Part shown: one piece after another, positions 39,288-48,781 of the stretch
How positions within the stretch are numbered: the stretch's first letter is position 1
Layout of the letters: every line of letters begins with the position of its first letter
Assembly (NCBI GenBank): GCA_002709565.1
Contig: PAPY01000031.1
Span: 71 to 64,070, forward strand
Length of the DNA stretch: 64,000 nt
DNA from: Legionellales bacterium
GTDB taxonomy: Bacteria > Pseudomonadota > Gammaproteobacteria > UBA1113
Reading direction: 5' to 3'
Translations under genes and position numbers: made by a program
Notes under the pieces: generated by a model
The model's input: only the letters and a program-made list of their open reading frames with translations
What the model was told of the DNA's origin: nothing
Database searches by the model: none

Positions 39288-39312
39288 CGTATGCTCCTAA
39301 AAAAAACGTTTA

Positions 39313-39705
39313 TTAAAACCCATAATCCCAATTCGACGTACCGCTGCCACTGTTGTTGTTGCCCGCATCATCGCCAAACCCGCTGATAATCGGTTGTTGT
39401 TCAGTTTGTGGTACTTCTTGCTGTTGCTGTGCTTGTTCGGTGGTCGCTGGCAGCTGAAATTGGGGCGGTGTGGGTTGGGTATTCGCTTGTTGTTGTCCCG
39501 GCGCCACCGGTGTTGGGTCAGGCAGCTGGTTGAGGTAGTTGTCGTATTGCTGTTGATACACTTTGATATTGTTGGTCGCAGTGTTAGCTGATTGAACAGC
39601 TTGGTTGATTTCATTCAATCGATTGGCTTGCTCAGTGGCAACATCGGCGAAGGCTGTTTGTGATAGCAGTAGCAGTAGCGTACTTGAGCCTAGCAACAGC
39701 AATTC
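39313..39705 (-). CDS. Possible small secreted Gln/Pro-rich protein between icmW and icmX; start uncertain
   Basis: The 182-aa ORF (39313..39861) overlaps the icmW 3' end. An internal TTG followed by a hydrophobic LLLLGSSTLLLLLSQTAFA segment looks like a signal peptide. The rest is low-complexity and Q/P-rich. Confidence 0.3.
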   Translation of the reverse strand, partial: ELLLLGSSTLLLLLSQTAFADVATEQANRLNEINQAVQSANTATNNIKVYQQQYDNYLNQLPDPTPVAPGQQQANTQPTPPQFQLPATTEQAQQQQEVPQTEQQPIISGFGDDAGNNNSGSGTSNWDYGF

Positions 39706-39853
39706 CCGCTGAAAGCGGAGAATTGCTTCCCAAGTACTATCGCCAGCGCGGCAAAGCCGCACGTATGGCGACCAAAGGGGGAAAATCGCGATTTCCCCCT
39801 TTGGAAACCCCCATCGCGAGAAGTTCAGCGGGAACCGCTGGCCTAGCAATAAT

Positions 39854-40303
39854 TTACGCATCCTCTCCCTCCAATGCTTTTAAGACGATATCAAAGCGCT
39901 CAGGGGCAAACACCCTGGCTAATAAACGTAAACGTTCAAAAACAATATTACGTCTTAAGAATAGACCAGGTTCGTCATCACTGCTTTCGCTAATTTCTTC
40001 TGCATGAATGAGTAATTTTGAGGCAGCGCCAGGGTGAGCGGTGTCGAGGCTCTGGAGTAAGCGCAGTGCCCGGCCCGATTTTACGTTACAGCAAATTTTA
40101 ATGAAGATATCTTCCCGGCCTAGTTCGTAGTTACCGGCTTGGTCCAGTTGCTCACCCAGCTTGGCAAGGGAAGTTTCGAGTGCGGCATCGCCATCCAAAG
40201 TCCAATTCTCAACCCCCTCCATGAAGGCCACTACCCGATAAATCATGGGGTCGTGGTATTCTTTCCAGAATTGATGGACAGCTTCGTGACTTAAATCAGG
40301 CAT
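39854..40303 (-). CDS. icmW: Dot/Icm type IV secretion adaptor IcmW
   Basis: 149 aa that closely mirrors L. pneumophila IcmW (MPDLSHE...YxDPMIYRV..FMExVENWTLDG...IHAEE...RNIVFERLRLL..ALEGE). Confidence 0.9.
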   Translation of the reverse strand: MPDLSHEAVHQFWKEYHDPMIYRVVAFMEGVENWTLDGDAALETSLAKLGEQLDQAGNYELGREDIFIKICCNVKSGRALRLLQSLDTAHPGAASKLLIHAEEISESSDDEPGLFLRRNIVFERLRLLARVFAPERFDIVLKALEGEDA

Positions 40304-40599
40304 AATTGCCCTCGCAATGATAAGACATTGTTCAAACTATATCCGGCTTAATCCGCAGAATCAATAGGAGACGCGAAGAAACTATCAACATTTTAAGTGA
40401 GTTAAGTCGGCGTTAATGTTGGTTGGCAAAACAGGCGTTATTCTCGGTCTTGCTCAGGCGAAGATTGGTTCAGTGAGAGCTAATGACAATAACAGCACTC
40501 TTCGCGTGGGTACTCATTGGTTGATTCTTAACTAATGAACAGGTTATTATGGTCCAGATGTAACCCTTCTCAAGGAAGACAACTTCGAGGTAAATCAAT

Positions 40600-41061
40600 A
40601 TGGGTGTTTTTCGCAGTATCGGCCGTGGTTTTCGCTGGACATTCAAGTCTTTTGTCGATGTCCCCTCATGGATGGGGTATCGCTCTATCAAAGGCTCGAG
40701 CCAGTCGCTTGCTGATAGCGCAAAAATAATCTTTGACGTCTCTGAGTCTGAACGGGAGGAATCTTATCAAGAGGCCCTCAAACGCCTAGGTCTGACTGAG
40801 GCTGAAGCCCAAGCAAAATCAAAAGCATTATTTAATTTGTTCTTGGCCTTTGCGGGGCTTGGTTTAGCCATTCTTTGCTATTCGGTGTTTTTGGCGTGGG
40901 AGGGGGCATTACGCAGCTTTTTGGTGGGGACTACCTTAGCCCTGGTCTCTTTCGCCACCGCTTTTCGTTATCACTTCTGGCATTTCCAAATCAAATCTAA
41001 ACGCTTAGGCTGCAACTTCAAGGATTGGTGGTATGGCAATCTTGGGGGTGGCAATGCGTAA
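40600..41061 (+). CDS. icmV: Dot/Icm inner-membrane protein IcmV
   Basis: 153 aa with two TM segments. It has strong similarity to IcmV, ending in FRxHFWxFQIKxxKLGC. It is divergent from icmW across a ~300-bp region. Confidence 0.85.
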   Translation: MGVFRSIGRGFRWTFKSFVDVPSWMGYRSIKGSSQSLADSAKIIFDVSESEREESYQEALKRLGLTEAEAQAKSKALFNLFLAFAGLGLAILCYSVFLAWEGALRSFLVGTTLALVSFATAFRYHFWHFQIKSKRLGCNFKDWWYGNLGGGNA

Positions 41062-43321
41062 ACTGCTTGGTCTCGTCTTATTACTCGCCAGCGGCAGCGC
41101 CAGTGCCCAATCCATGTTCGATATCCCCTTGACCGATGTCTCCCGTATTTATCTCAATACTATTTTCGGTACTGTAGGCAATGTCTTAAGTGGAGGGGGT
41201 TCCCAATTACTCAAAGAAGCATTTTCGTATTTTAACAGTGCGGTACTTGTGCTGGGCGGTATTATTATCATTTACAGTCTCATCGTATCAACGGTGAATA
41301 CCTCTCATGACGGTGAAATGCTCGGTAAAAAATGGAACTCCGTATGGATCCCGTTACGCTCGGCGGTGGGTTTTGGATTATTACTTCCTGTCAAAGCCGG
41401 TGGTTATGCAGTAATTCAAGTCATGGTCATGTACGTTGTGCTACAAGGTGTGGGTGCAGCAAATTATATCTGGAGTAATACTCTAGACTATATTGGGACT
41501 GGAGGAAATATCTCAACCACGCAAACACCTAGTACATTTTTCCAGCTTGCAGGTAAAGCCTTCTCTAACTGGGTGTGTGCTTATGAGGGAGCAAAGTATG
41601 TTAACCAACAGTATGGCAGAACAAATGCCCAAGCGTCGAGTTCTATCAGTAACTACACGATACTCATGCAATTTACCGGTAGCGGTCAGGGGACTTGTGG
41701 TTCCGTCTTGCTTAAATTACCAACAAGTAGCGAGCCTCTGTCACCAGCTGATCAGAGCACAAATAATGCTATAATTGCCACGGTGCAGCAGTTGGCGATA
41801 CCTGGCAAGATGTTTGTCGATGACTATCCTAGTGAGCCAAATGCCAATACCATTATTCAGTTGATTCGCAATGCGGCTAATAACTATTATCTGCAACAAC
41901 AAGAGGCTCAACGAAGGGCGAGCATGCAGTATGGTACAGGGAGTATGCGCTGTATGCCTGTCTTTAGTAATATGTTTGATCCGACTTCGGGAAAATGGAG
42001 TTGCACCCGAGATGATTTTGTTAATCAGGCAATTCAAGTCGGTTGGATTTTTGCTGGATCCTATTTTCTTCAGATCACGCAATCCATTGATCAATCCAGG
42101 GAGGCAGCCTACGCATTTCCAGTGAATGGACCCAATACCGGTAAGTTAATTAATATTTTTGGCCAAGATAATGACATTATTACTGTCTATAATGCCGCTG
42201 AGAAATTTCAAACTAGCAACGTTGATCCGAGTCATACCCAGATTGATATTGATATTACGTCCCCTAGCGGTGTCAATAGTATTTTGTACTCAATCTTTAA
42301 TCCAGCTTTTAGTGCGTGGAAGAAATATCTTAAAGCTCAGGCGAAAGATATGGATAATCTGCTTGCTGGGAACTTTGAGTTTAATCCGATTGCAGAATTG
42401 CACGCTCTAGGAACACAGATGATTTCAGGTATTGAAATTGCGTGGTTAGCTTTCGGTGGTATTGTGGTTGGAGCGGGTGCTCTTGCCTTTATAGATTCTT
42501 GTATGATGCCGTTTTCCTATATGGCGCAAACGGGCTTGATGATATTTATGCCGCTCGTCACGATGAGTGCGGCAGTGATATTTCCGTCAGCGGGTATGCT
42601 TGCCTATTATGTTCCTTTGATGCCCTTTATTATCTTTACGGTGGGTGCCGTGGGATGGTTTATTTTGGTGATAGAGGCCATGGCAGCAGCCCCCATTCTG
42701 GCGCTGGGCATATTGCACCCCGAAGGACAACATGAAGTGTACGGTAAGGCGGAGCCAGGGATTTATCTGCTGATCAATGTCTTCTTGCGTCCGCCATTAA
42801 TGATTATTGGTTTATTTGCTGCGTATCTGCTCATGTTTGCTGCTGTATCGTTGGTGAATGTCGCATTTTTGATGCTCACGGGTGGATTTGAGAATAAAGG
42901 TGCATTTGATATCAGTATTGTAGGGATGTCGATGCTGTTAGGGGTTTACGCACTCGTACTCCTCACCGTCATCCAAAAATGTTTTGGTCTTATCCATATG
43001 GTACCTGATAGAGTCATGCGCTGGATTGGCCAACATGACCAATACGCGGGCGCCTATGGGGCTGAGCAAGATATGCAAGGCTTTAAACAAGCGGCCCAAG
43101 GTGCGGGCGAGCAAGCCAGCAAAGGCACATCGGAGTCTATTGGTGGTACGGCTGGCAAGGTTGGTAAAGGGGTGCAAACTGCTGCGCAGAAAAAACATGA
43201 AACGGCGGCTAAAGGTAAGCGTTTTGCTGAGCATAAACATGGCTCAGGCAAAGGCGGTGGTAGCATTGGCTCTGGTCCCGGTTCTGATCCTGATCCTGAC
43301 CCCGGCAGCGATCCTGATTAG
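41054..43321 (+). CDS. dotA: DotA-like polytopic inner-membrane protein (putative Dot/Icm DotA)
   Basis: About 755 aa. An N-terminal signal/TM is followed by a ~300-aa periplasmic region, then a C-terminal block of about 6-7 TM helices and a Gly/Asp-Pro repeat tail (GSGPGSDPDPDPGSDPD). Its synteny position is between icmV and dotB. Primary-sequence similarity to DotA was not directly verified. Confidence 0.45.
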   Translation: MRKLLGLVLLLASGSASAQSMFDIPLTDVSRIYLNTIFGTVGNVLSGGGSQLLKEAFSYFNSAVLVLGGIIIIYSLIVSTVNTSHDGEMLGKKWNSVWIPLRSAVGFGLLLPVKAGGYAVIQVMVMYVVLQGVGAANYIWSNTLDYIGTGGNISTTQTPSTFFQLAGKAFSNWVCAYEGAKYVNQQYGRTNAQASSSISNYTILMQFTGSGQGTCGSVLLKLPTSSEPLSPADQSTNNAIIATVQQLAIPGKMFVDDYPSEPNANTIIQLIRNAANNYYLQQQEAQRRASMQYGTGSMRCMPVFSNMFDPTSGKWSCTRDDFVNQAIQVGWIFAGSYFLQITQSIDQSREAAYAFPVNGPNTGKLINIFGQDNDIITVYNAAEKFQTSNVDPSHTQIDIDITSPSGVNSILYSIFNPAFSAWKKYLKAQAKDMDNLLAGNFEFNPIAELHALGTQMISGIEIAWLAFGGIVVGAGALAFIDSCMMPFSYMAQTGLMIFMPLVTMSAAVIFPSAGMLAYYVPLMPFIIFTVGAVGWFILVIEAMAAAPILALGILHPEGQHEVYGKAEPGIYLLINVFLRPPLMIIGLFAAYLLMFAAVSLVNVAFLMLTGGFENKGAFDISIVGMSMLLGVYALVLLTVIQKCFGLIHMVPDRVMRWIGQHDQYAGAYGAEQDMQGFKQAAQGAGEQASKGTSESIGGTAGKVGKGVQTAAQKKHETAAKGKRFAEHKHGSGKGGGSIGSGPGSDPDPDPGSDPD

Positions 43322-43322
43322 C

Positions 43323-45062
43323 CTAGTTGTGGATTGTTCTCTGACTATAACGCCCTGGTGCCGGCTCAATAGACGTCAAGATTTGACGGGGAGTAACTGG
43401 CTTCCCGCTGTGTTGATTTAACCAGGTTTGCCAATCTTCCCACCATGAGCCTGGGTGGTGTTCGGCGTGTTTGAGCCAAGTACTTGCATCAAGCTGTATA
43501 TCGTTATTCACGTAAAAACCTAATTGCTTGCGTCGCGGCGGATTAATGAAGCCACCGATGTGATCACCATTACCTAAAACAAAGCGAGTATTACCCCTTA
43601 ACAATTGCGCACTACGGTAGCTGCCTTGCCAAGGCGATAAATCATCGTCTTTTAAGCCTAAGTAATAACAGGGTTGTTGAATACAACGGAGGTCAATGGG
43701 CTTCGCTGTAATGTCGATACCCCCTGCCTGATATAGCTGGTTGTGTTGTAGCAATTCGCGCATATGAAATAAAAATAATTTTTGGGGGATATGGGTAACA
43801 TCTTCCGACCAATGTAATAGATCAAACCGGCTAGCCCGTTTGCCTTTCAGGTAATGATGAATAAAGAAGGGCCAGATAGTATCATTGGTATTACGCAGAT
43901 TAAAGGCCGTTAGCATTTTACGTCCGTCAAAATACCCTGTCTTGGCCATGGTTTTTTGGTACCAGCGCACTTGATCGGGACCTGCAAGATACAGCCAATC
44001 ACCGGCTTCACTAAAATCAAACAAACTCGCCAAAAAGCTGGCACAATGAATTTTGTCTGCTTGATTGGTTGCGGTGAGATAAGCAAGACTCGCACCCACG
44101 AGGGTGCCACCGAGACAATTACCAGCAATATTGATTTGTTTAACATTACAGGCTGCGCACACCTCGTCAATGGCTTTAACGACCCCTTCTGTCACATAAT
44201 CCGCAAAACCATAGGACTGTTGTTCACTCGTGGCATTAACCCATGAAATCATAAATACCGTATAGCCCTGATCAACAAGATATTTGACCAATGAATTATT
44301 GGCGCGCAAATCCATGAGGTAGTATTTGTTGATCCAGGAGCCAACCAGTAACAGGGGTTTCGCGTACACTTGTGGTGTGGTGGGATGGTATTGAATGAGT
44401 TGCATGATGGTATTTTCAAAAATCACCTCTCCGGGCGTATAGGCAATATTGTCGCCGACTAGGTAGTGATTATTCATCACCTTGCTGACATGACCATAGG
44501 CGCTCCATTGATTCAGATCATCTAGCCAATGCTCGAGTCCAGTCAGTAAATTTTTGCCACGCTCATGGCGGGTGAGTTGCAAAACTTCAGGATTCGTCAA
44601 CACAAAATTACTCGGCGATAAGGTTTCCAGTAAGATGCGCACAAAAAAATACCCTTGTTGCTGGGTAAAATTATCCATGCCTTTTAATTCACTGATCGCT
44701 TGGAGTATGGTTTGGCAATGAATCAAATAGGATTGATGGATAAAATGAAACAAGCGTTTATCTTGCCAGAGCGCATTAGCAAAGCGTTTGTCACTAATGG
44801 TAGGAGGTTTGCTAAGGTTCTTGATCAGTCTAGCATGTTGCTTGATAGCTTCCCCCAGCATTTTGCCAGTAGTCCCCGGTTGTGTCATGAAGGCTTTGGC
44901 TATGGCAAATACGGTGCGATGGTAAGTCACCCCAAGCCGTAACATGTCAAAGCTGCCTTTGATGGGGTGAATTTCTTCACGCAGTATCTTCTTCAACAGA
45001 CGTTTGGTTTTGCTGGCGATGCGATGTAATTGTGATGAGGTGCTATTAGTCTTGTTTGCCAT
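43323..45062 (-). CDS. phaC: Class I poly(R)-hydroxyalkanoate synthase
   Basis: Lipase box GNCLGGT with a catalytic Cys. The alpha/beta-hydrolase domain and conserved N-terminal region are typical of PhaC. The likely start is MANKTNS (45062). Confidence 0.85.
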   Translation of the reverse strand: MANKTNSTSSQLHRIASKTKRLLKKILREEIHPIKGSFDMLRLGVTYHRTVFAIAKAFMTQPGTTGKMLGEAIKQHARLIKNLSKPPTISDKRFANALWQDKRLFHFIHQSYLIHCQTILQAISELKGMDNFTQQQGYFFVRILLETLSPSNFVLTNPEVLQLTRHERGKNLLTGLEHWLDDLNQWSAYGHVSKVMNNHYLVGDNIAYTPGEVIFENTIMQLIQYHPTTPQVYAKPLLLVGSWINKYYLMDLRANNSLVKYLVDQGYTVFMISWVNATSEQQSYGFADYVTEGVVKAIDEVCAACNVKQINIAGNCLGGTLVGASLAYLTATNQADKIHCASFLASLFDFSEAGDWLYLAGPDQVRWYQKTMAKTGYFDGRKMLTAFNLRNTNDTIWPFFIHHYLKGKRASRFDLLHWSEDVTHIPQKLFLFHMRELLQHNQLYQAGGIDITAKPIDLRCIQQPCYYLGLKDDDLSPWQGSYRSAQLLRGNTRFVLGNGDHIGGFINPPRRKQLGFYVNNDIQLDASTWLKHAEHHPGSWWEDWQTWLNQHSGKPVTPRQILTSIEPAPGRYSQRTIHN

Positions 45063-46389
45063 ACTGTACTCGCAATAACCCAATGATACCAATGAGACTG
45101 AAGAGCAAAAAGGGCACGGCAACAACAAATAGCAATACCTGTGTCAGTAACACACCCGTTAACAACAACAATGCGGTCATCATACAAATGCCAGCAAAAA
45201 AAACCTTGTAGAATCGTGGCGAGGATTTAGTACAAGCAGGCAGTCCCTGGATCAAGAACCCTCGGCTCAGTTGGATGGGTTCTTTAAAGCGACTGACAAT
45301 GACAAAAAAACTGAGCGAGCCAAGCAGTGTGATAATGCAATAATTGGGCGTGGCGAGCAGGGTATTGATGTTGACTGTGATATCAGTCTGGGACAAACCA
45401 ATATCAAGTAACAATAGTAGCAAGGGGCCAAGCAGTAAACAGACCATAGTAGCAAGCCGTGATAAGTGGCGACAGACTGTTGCAAAATAGGACCCGGCTA
45501 ACATAGCGATAGTCAGCCAATAACCCCACGTAAAGCCAAACCAACTGCTATGCCAGGTTGTGTGCACGAGTCGGCGTGGGTCAACGATATTGGTTAATAC
45601 CTTAACCTGCTCTAGCCATACAAACAAGCTATTTACGAGGCTCAGACAAAGACTCAAGCCTAAGCAGCAAATAAGGACAAATAGCCACAACGGTATCTGC
45701 AAACGATGAAGCGTGTTGAAAGCTTTTAGGATATAACGATTTGAGCCTAATAGGATGATGCCAAATAAGACAAAAAATGTCGTGAATTGCAAGCCATGAC
45801 TTAAGGGTAAGCCAACCCATTCTCCCGCAAGTATACTGATACTAATACTGATTAAAGATGCCGTGATGATGACAGCAAAATAATTGGTGACACTCAACGG
45901 TGTTTCAAAAAAATTCATGGCTGCAGGTGAGATGCCATTTTTGTAGGATAAATCAATGGCACTGCTTAGAAGGCCGTAACGGTCATGTTCCCATCGGCAA
46001 ATCATCAGTACCATTGCAACTAATAGCAAAAGACTCCAAGGATATAGCCCCCATTTGAGCGGCTCTGTTAACAATACTGGTGTTGCGGGAAGTGTTGTGG
46101 TATCCACAGGGAGAGAGATTTTAACGAGTGTGAGATAGATACTGGTAAATACCAACAGTAGCAACATTTGCGTAAATAAGACTTTGGGCCAGGTTCGCCA
46201 AAAGCCCCGAAGATTAAGATCCTCGCGTTTTGTTCCCAATACAAACAGTCCAGCTAGTACTAACAATATTGCCGAGAAAGGCAATGCCGGTGGGATCCAG
46301 TCAGCATAATAGTAACTAATAACAAAAGGTATACCATAGAGGAATAACGTGTAGAACCAGTAGTGGTATTTGGGCTTATAAAGCTTCAT
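45046..46389 (-). CDS. Polytopic membrane protein of unknown function, translationally coupled to dotB
   Basis: 447 aa with about 12 hydrophobic segments. Its start codon overlaps the dotB stop (ATGA) and its stop overlaps the phaC start. Confidence 0.5.
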   Translation of the reverse strand: MKLYKPKYHYWFYTLFLYGIPFVISYYYADWIPPALPFSAILLVLAGLFVLGTKREDLNLRGFWRTWPKVLFTQMLLLLVFTSIYLTLVKISLPVDTTTLPATPVLLTEPLKWGLYPWSLLLLVAMVLMICRWEHDRYGLLSSAIDLSYKNGISPAAMNFFETPLSVTNYFAVIITASLISISISILAGEWVGLPLSHGLQFTTFFVLFGIILLGSNRYILKAFNTLHRLQIPLWLFVLICCLGLSLCLSLVNSLFVWLEQVKVLTNIVDPRRLVHTTWHSSWFGFTWGYWLTIAMLAGSYFATVCRHLSRLATMVCLLLGPLLLLLLDIGLSQTDITVNINTLLATPNYCIITLLGSLSFFVIVSRFKEPIQLSRGFLIQGLPACTKSSPRFYKVFFAGICMMTALLLLTGVLLTQVLLFVVAVPFLLFSLIGIIGLLRVQYGKQD

Positions 46390-47525
46390 AGCCCCGCATC
46401 GCGATCAGCATTGCGAGAACTCAACGTGACTAGTTTATATTCTCGCTCGCTAATGATGCCGGCATCCAATTTCCGTTTGGCGTCCACTTCAATCGGTTGA
46501 CCCCGCTCCTTCACTAAGCGCCGGGTGGCACCAGTGATGGATTCAGGATCGGTTTCTAACAAAATATCCCGCACTTCATCGTCAAAGACTAAGTACTCAC
46601 GCAGTGGGGTGCGCTTACCGTCAGGGGTGGCGACCAGTTTTTGCCAGACCACCAGACGAGCGGTTTCGATAATATCAATGGTGCGGCCATGGCGCTCTTC
46701 AGCTGGATAGGTGGTCACCAGACGGCGCATCACTTCCGCAACACCGTTACTGTGCAGCGTGGTATAGACAGGATGACCGGTTAACGCAGCCTCCATTGCG
46801 GCTGAAATAGTTTCTGCATCCCGCGCTTCACCCACGAGAATTAAGCGCGGCTTACGGCGCAGGGCATTACGCACACCGGCAGCGAAGCTTGGCAAATGGC
46901 GAGGAATTTCCGATTGACTGACAACAGCAGAGACTTTGGCGATGTTATCAAACACAAACTCAATGGGTGATTCATAGGTTAAGACTTTGCGATGACAGTC
47001 TTCTTGCTCGATGATGTGACGAATAACCGAGGCGAGCAAGGTACTTTTACCGGAACCGGTGGCACCGGTAATATACACCACCCCTTCTTCGGGCATGATG
47101 CTATTAAAAATATCTTCTTCAAGGTTGAGTGCCGTTAATGGTGGCGGGTCACTGGGAATGGTTCGCAGGGTGATTTGAATACCGTCATGACCATCGACTA
47201 AACACCCCGTGCCATTGACCCGGTAGCGATATCGTTCTGTCCTTGAGGGCCGCACTTCATAATGGGTATCTACATCGCGACCACTTAAGATCTGAGTCGT
47301 ACCATTGGGGCCATAAATGGCATTTAGCATTTCACCGACTTCGGTATTGGAGAGTTTGCGCTTGGTGATAGGGACTAAACGGCCATGAACTTCCGCAAAC
47401 ACCGGCTCATTAGTCTGCAAGGTGATATCCGAAGCATCCAGCTGATAGCAATAGACCACCATCTTATCCAACTCATGGACAGTAAAGCGCTGGGGCTCAT
47501 TCGGTAATAAGTGTTCGTCGGTCAT
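46386..47525 (-). CDS. dotB: Dot/Icm ATPase DotB (PilT-like secretion NTPase)
   Basis: Walker A GATGSGKST. Asp box and His box (TTLHSNG). 379 aa, close to Legionella DotB in length and motifs. Confidence 0.9.
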   Translation of the reverse strand: MTDEHLLPNEPQRFTVHELDKMVVYCYQLDASDITLQTNEPVFAEVHGRLVPITKRKLSNTEVGEMLNAIYGPNGTTQILSGRDVDTHYEVRPSRTERYRYRVNGTGCLVDGHDGIQITLRTIPSDPPPLTALNLEEDIFNSIMPEEGVVYITGATGSGKSTLLASVIRHIIEQEDCHRKVLTYESPIEFVFDNIAKVSAVVSQSEIPRHLPSFAAGVRNALRRKPRLILVGEARDAETISAAMEAALTGHPVYTTLHSNGVAEVMRRLVTTYPAEERHGRTIDIIETARLVVWQKLVATPDGKRTPLREYLVFDDEVRDILLETDPESITGATRRLVKERGQPIEVDAKRKLDAGIISEREYKLVTLSSRNADRDAGL

Positions 47526-47679
47526 GGGTTACTCGCTGTCTTTCAACTAAGTGTATTAGACCAGGCTTTATTTGACAATGTACAGAGCTAAGCTATTGAT
47601 TCTTCCATCACCTCTGGAAGTATTTGTAAAACTTCTCCAATAATGGCTATAATGTAGCTATTATTGGAGGAAAAAGGCA

Positions 47680-48495
47680 ATGAAGCCAGAACAGTTCTTT
47701 TATGACCACCCAGTCTTCCGCCATGAAGAGTTTGCAGCATGGAAAGCGGAGCAAGGCGATATTAAAGCAACCTCTATTAATGGAGCCCTGCGCTATTACG
47801 TCAAAACCGGTCGAATCACGCCTATACGTCGAAAACTCTATGCAGCAGTCCCACCTAACCAGTCTGTGGATGATGTTATCGTTGATCCCTATCTAATTGC
47901 GGGCAAGGCAACGGAAGATGCGATCGTGGGTTACCACTCAGCACTGGAAATGATGGGAGTAGCATATTCCACGTTTGGTCAATTTACATATGCTACGGTA
48001 CAAAAGAGTAAGCTATTTACTTTTCAAGACCGATGGTTTCAACCTGTTAGTCAACCAACGTCGTTACAAAAAAAGCAATCGACGTCTTTTGGTGTGGAGG
48101 TAGTGAACCGGCAAGGATTGCCTTTACGAGTAACAAATTCAGCAAGGACCTATGTTGATGTGCTTGATCGCATTGAGCTAGCTGGCGGTTGGGAGGAAGT
48201 ATGTCGATCAATTCAAAAATTTTCGGTGCTAAATATTGATGAAGTTATTGAATATTGTTTTATGTTGGGCAATACTCGTTTAAATGCTACAGTCGGTTAC
48301 TTTTTAAGTCAAAGGGAAGGTGCATTTGCAGTTAGTGACAGTCAACTAAAACCACTATTGAATGCAATCCCTCGTGTACCACAACATGCTTCAAAACGAA
48401 GCAAAGAAAAATATCAACTTGTTAAACCATGGAATATTTTATTACCGGTATCTGTGGTTAATCAACTATGGGAAGAACCTGATGTTGACGTCTAA
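47680..48495 (+). CDS. Orphan protein inserted between dotB and dotC; possible AbiEi-like wHTH regulator/antitoxin-type protein
   Basis: 271 aa. The N-terminal segment ...SINGALRYYVKTGRITPIRRKLYAAVP resembles the AbiEi N-terminal wHTH (xGxLxRxxRGxY). No intact AbiEii-type partner lies downstream; only short ORFs occur in the ~280 bp before dotC. Confidence 0.3.
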   Translation: MKPEQFFYDHPVFRHEEFAAWKAEQGDIKATSINGALRYYVKTGRITPIRRKLYAAVPPNQSVDDVIVDPYLIAGKATEDAIVGYHSALEMMGVAYSTFGQFTYATVQKSKLFTFQDRWFQPVSQPTSLQKKQSTSFGVEVVNRQGLPLRVTNSARTYVDVLDRIELAGGWEEVCRSIQKFSVLNIDEVIEYCFMLGNTRLNATVGYFLSQREGAFAVSDSQLKPLLNAIPRVPQHASKRSKEKYQLVKPWNILLPVSVVNQLWEEPDVDV

Positions 48496-48781
48496 AGAAC
48501 AACTATTTCAACTTGCTAAATCACAGGGTTATAAGCCAGAAATCTTGGAAGAAGAAGTGGGCTTCGGCAATGGTCTCTGAGTTACAAGATAGATTGTCTG
48601 CTTTCTTGCCCTTGCGGGATGAAGAGCAGCTATTTATCGAAACTATCCGAGCTGATCATCAAATATGCCCTGAGTTGATCACGCAGGATGAGGATTTTGC
48701 CATAAAGATTGCTACGCATCCTGCGATACATTGGGCGATGAAACAGTACCAAAGCGCAAAATAAATACGATAGTACTACGA

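Noticed and set aside
40304-40599. CpxR (GTAAA-N5-GTAAA) box in the icmW/icmV divergent promoter region
   Set aside because: Only single GTAAA/GTAAC half-sites were seen, with no properly spaced tandem pair. A call cannot be supported without a motif scan.
41493-42735. Multiple 80-120-aa ORFs on both strands inside the DotA-like gene
   Set aside because: They are overlapped by a continuous 760-aa frame with coherent membrane topology. The alternatives lack start context and any conservation signal.
48362-48764. Two short ORFs (72 and 83 aa) downstream of the AbiEi-like gene as an intact toxin partner
   Set aside because: They are too short for an AbiEii nucleotidyltransferase (about 280-300 aa) and lack its N-terminal motif. 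They are treated as a possible remnant only.
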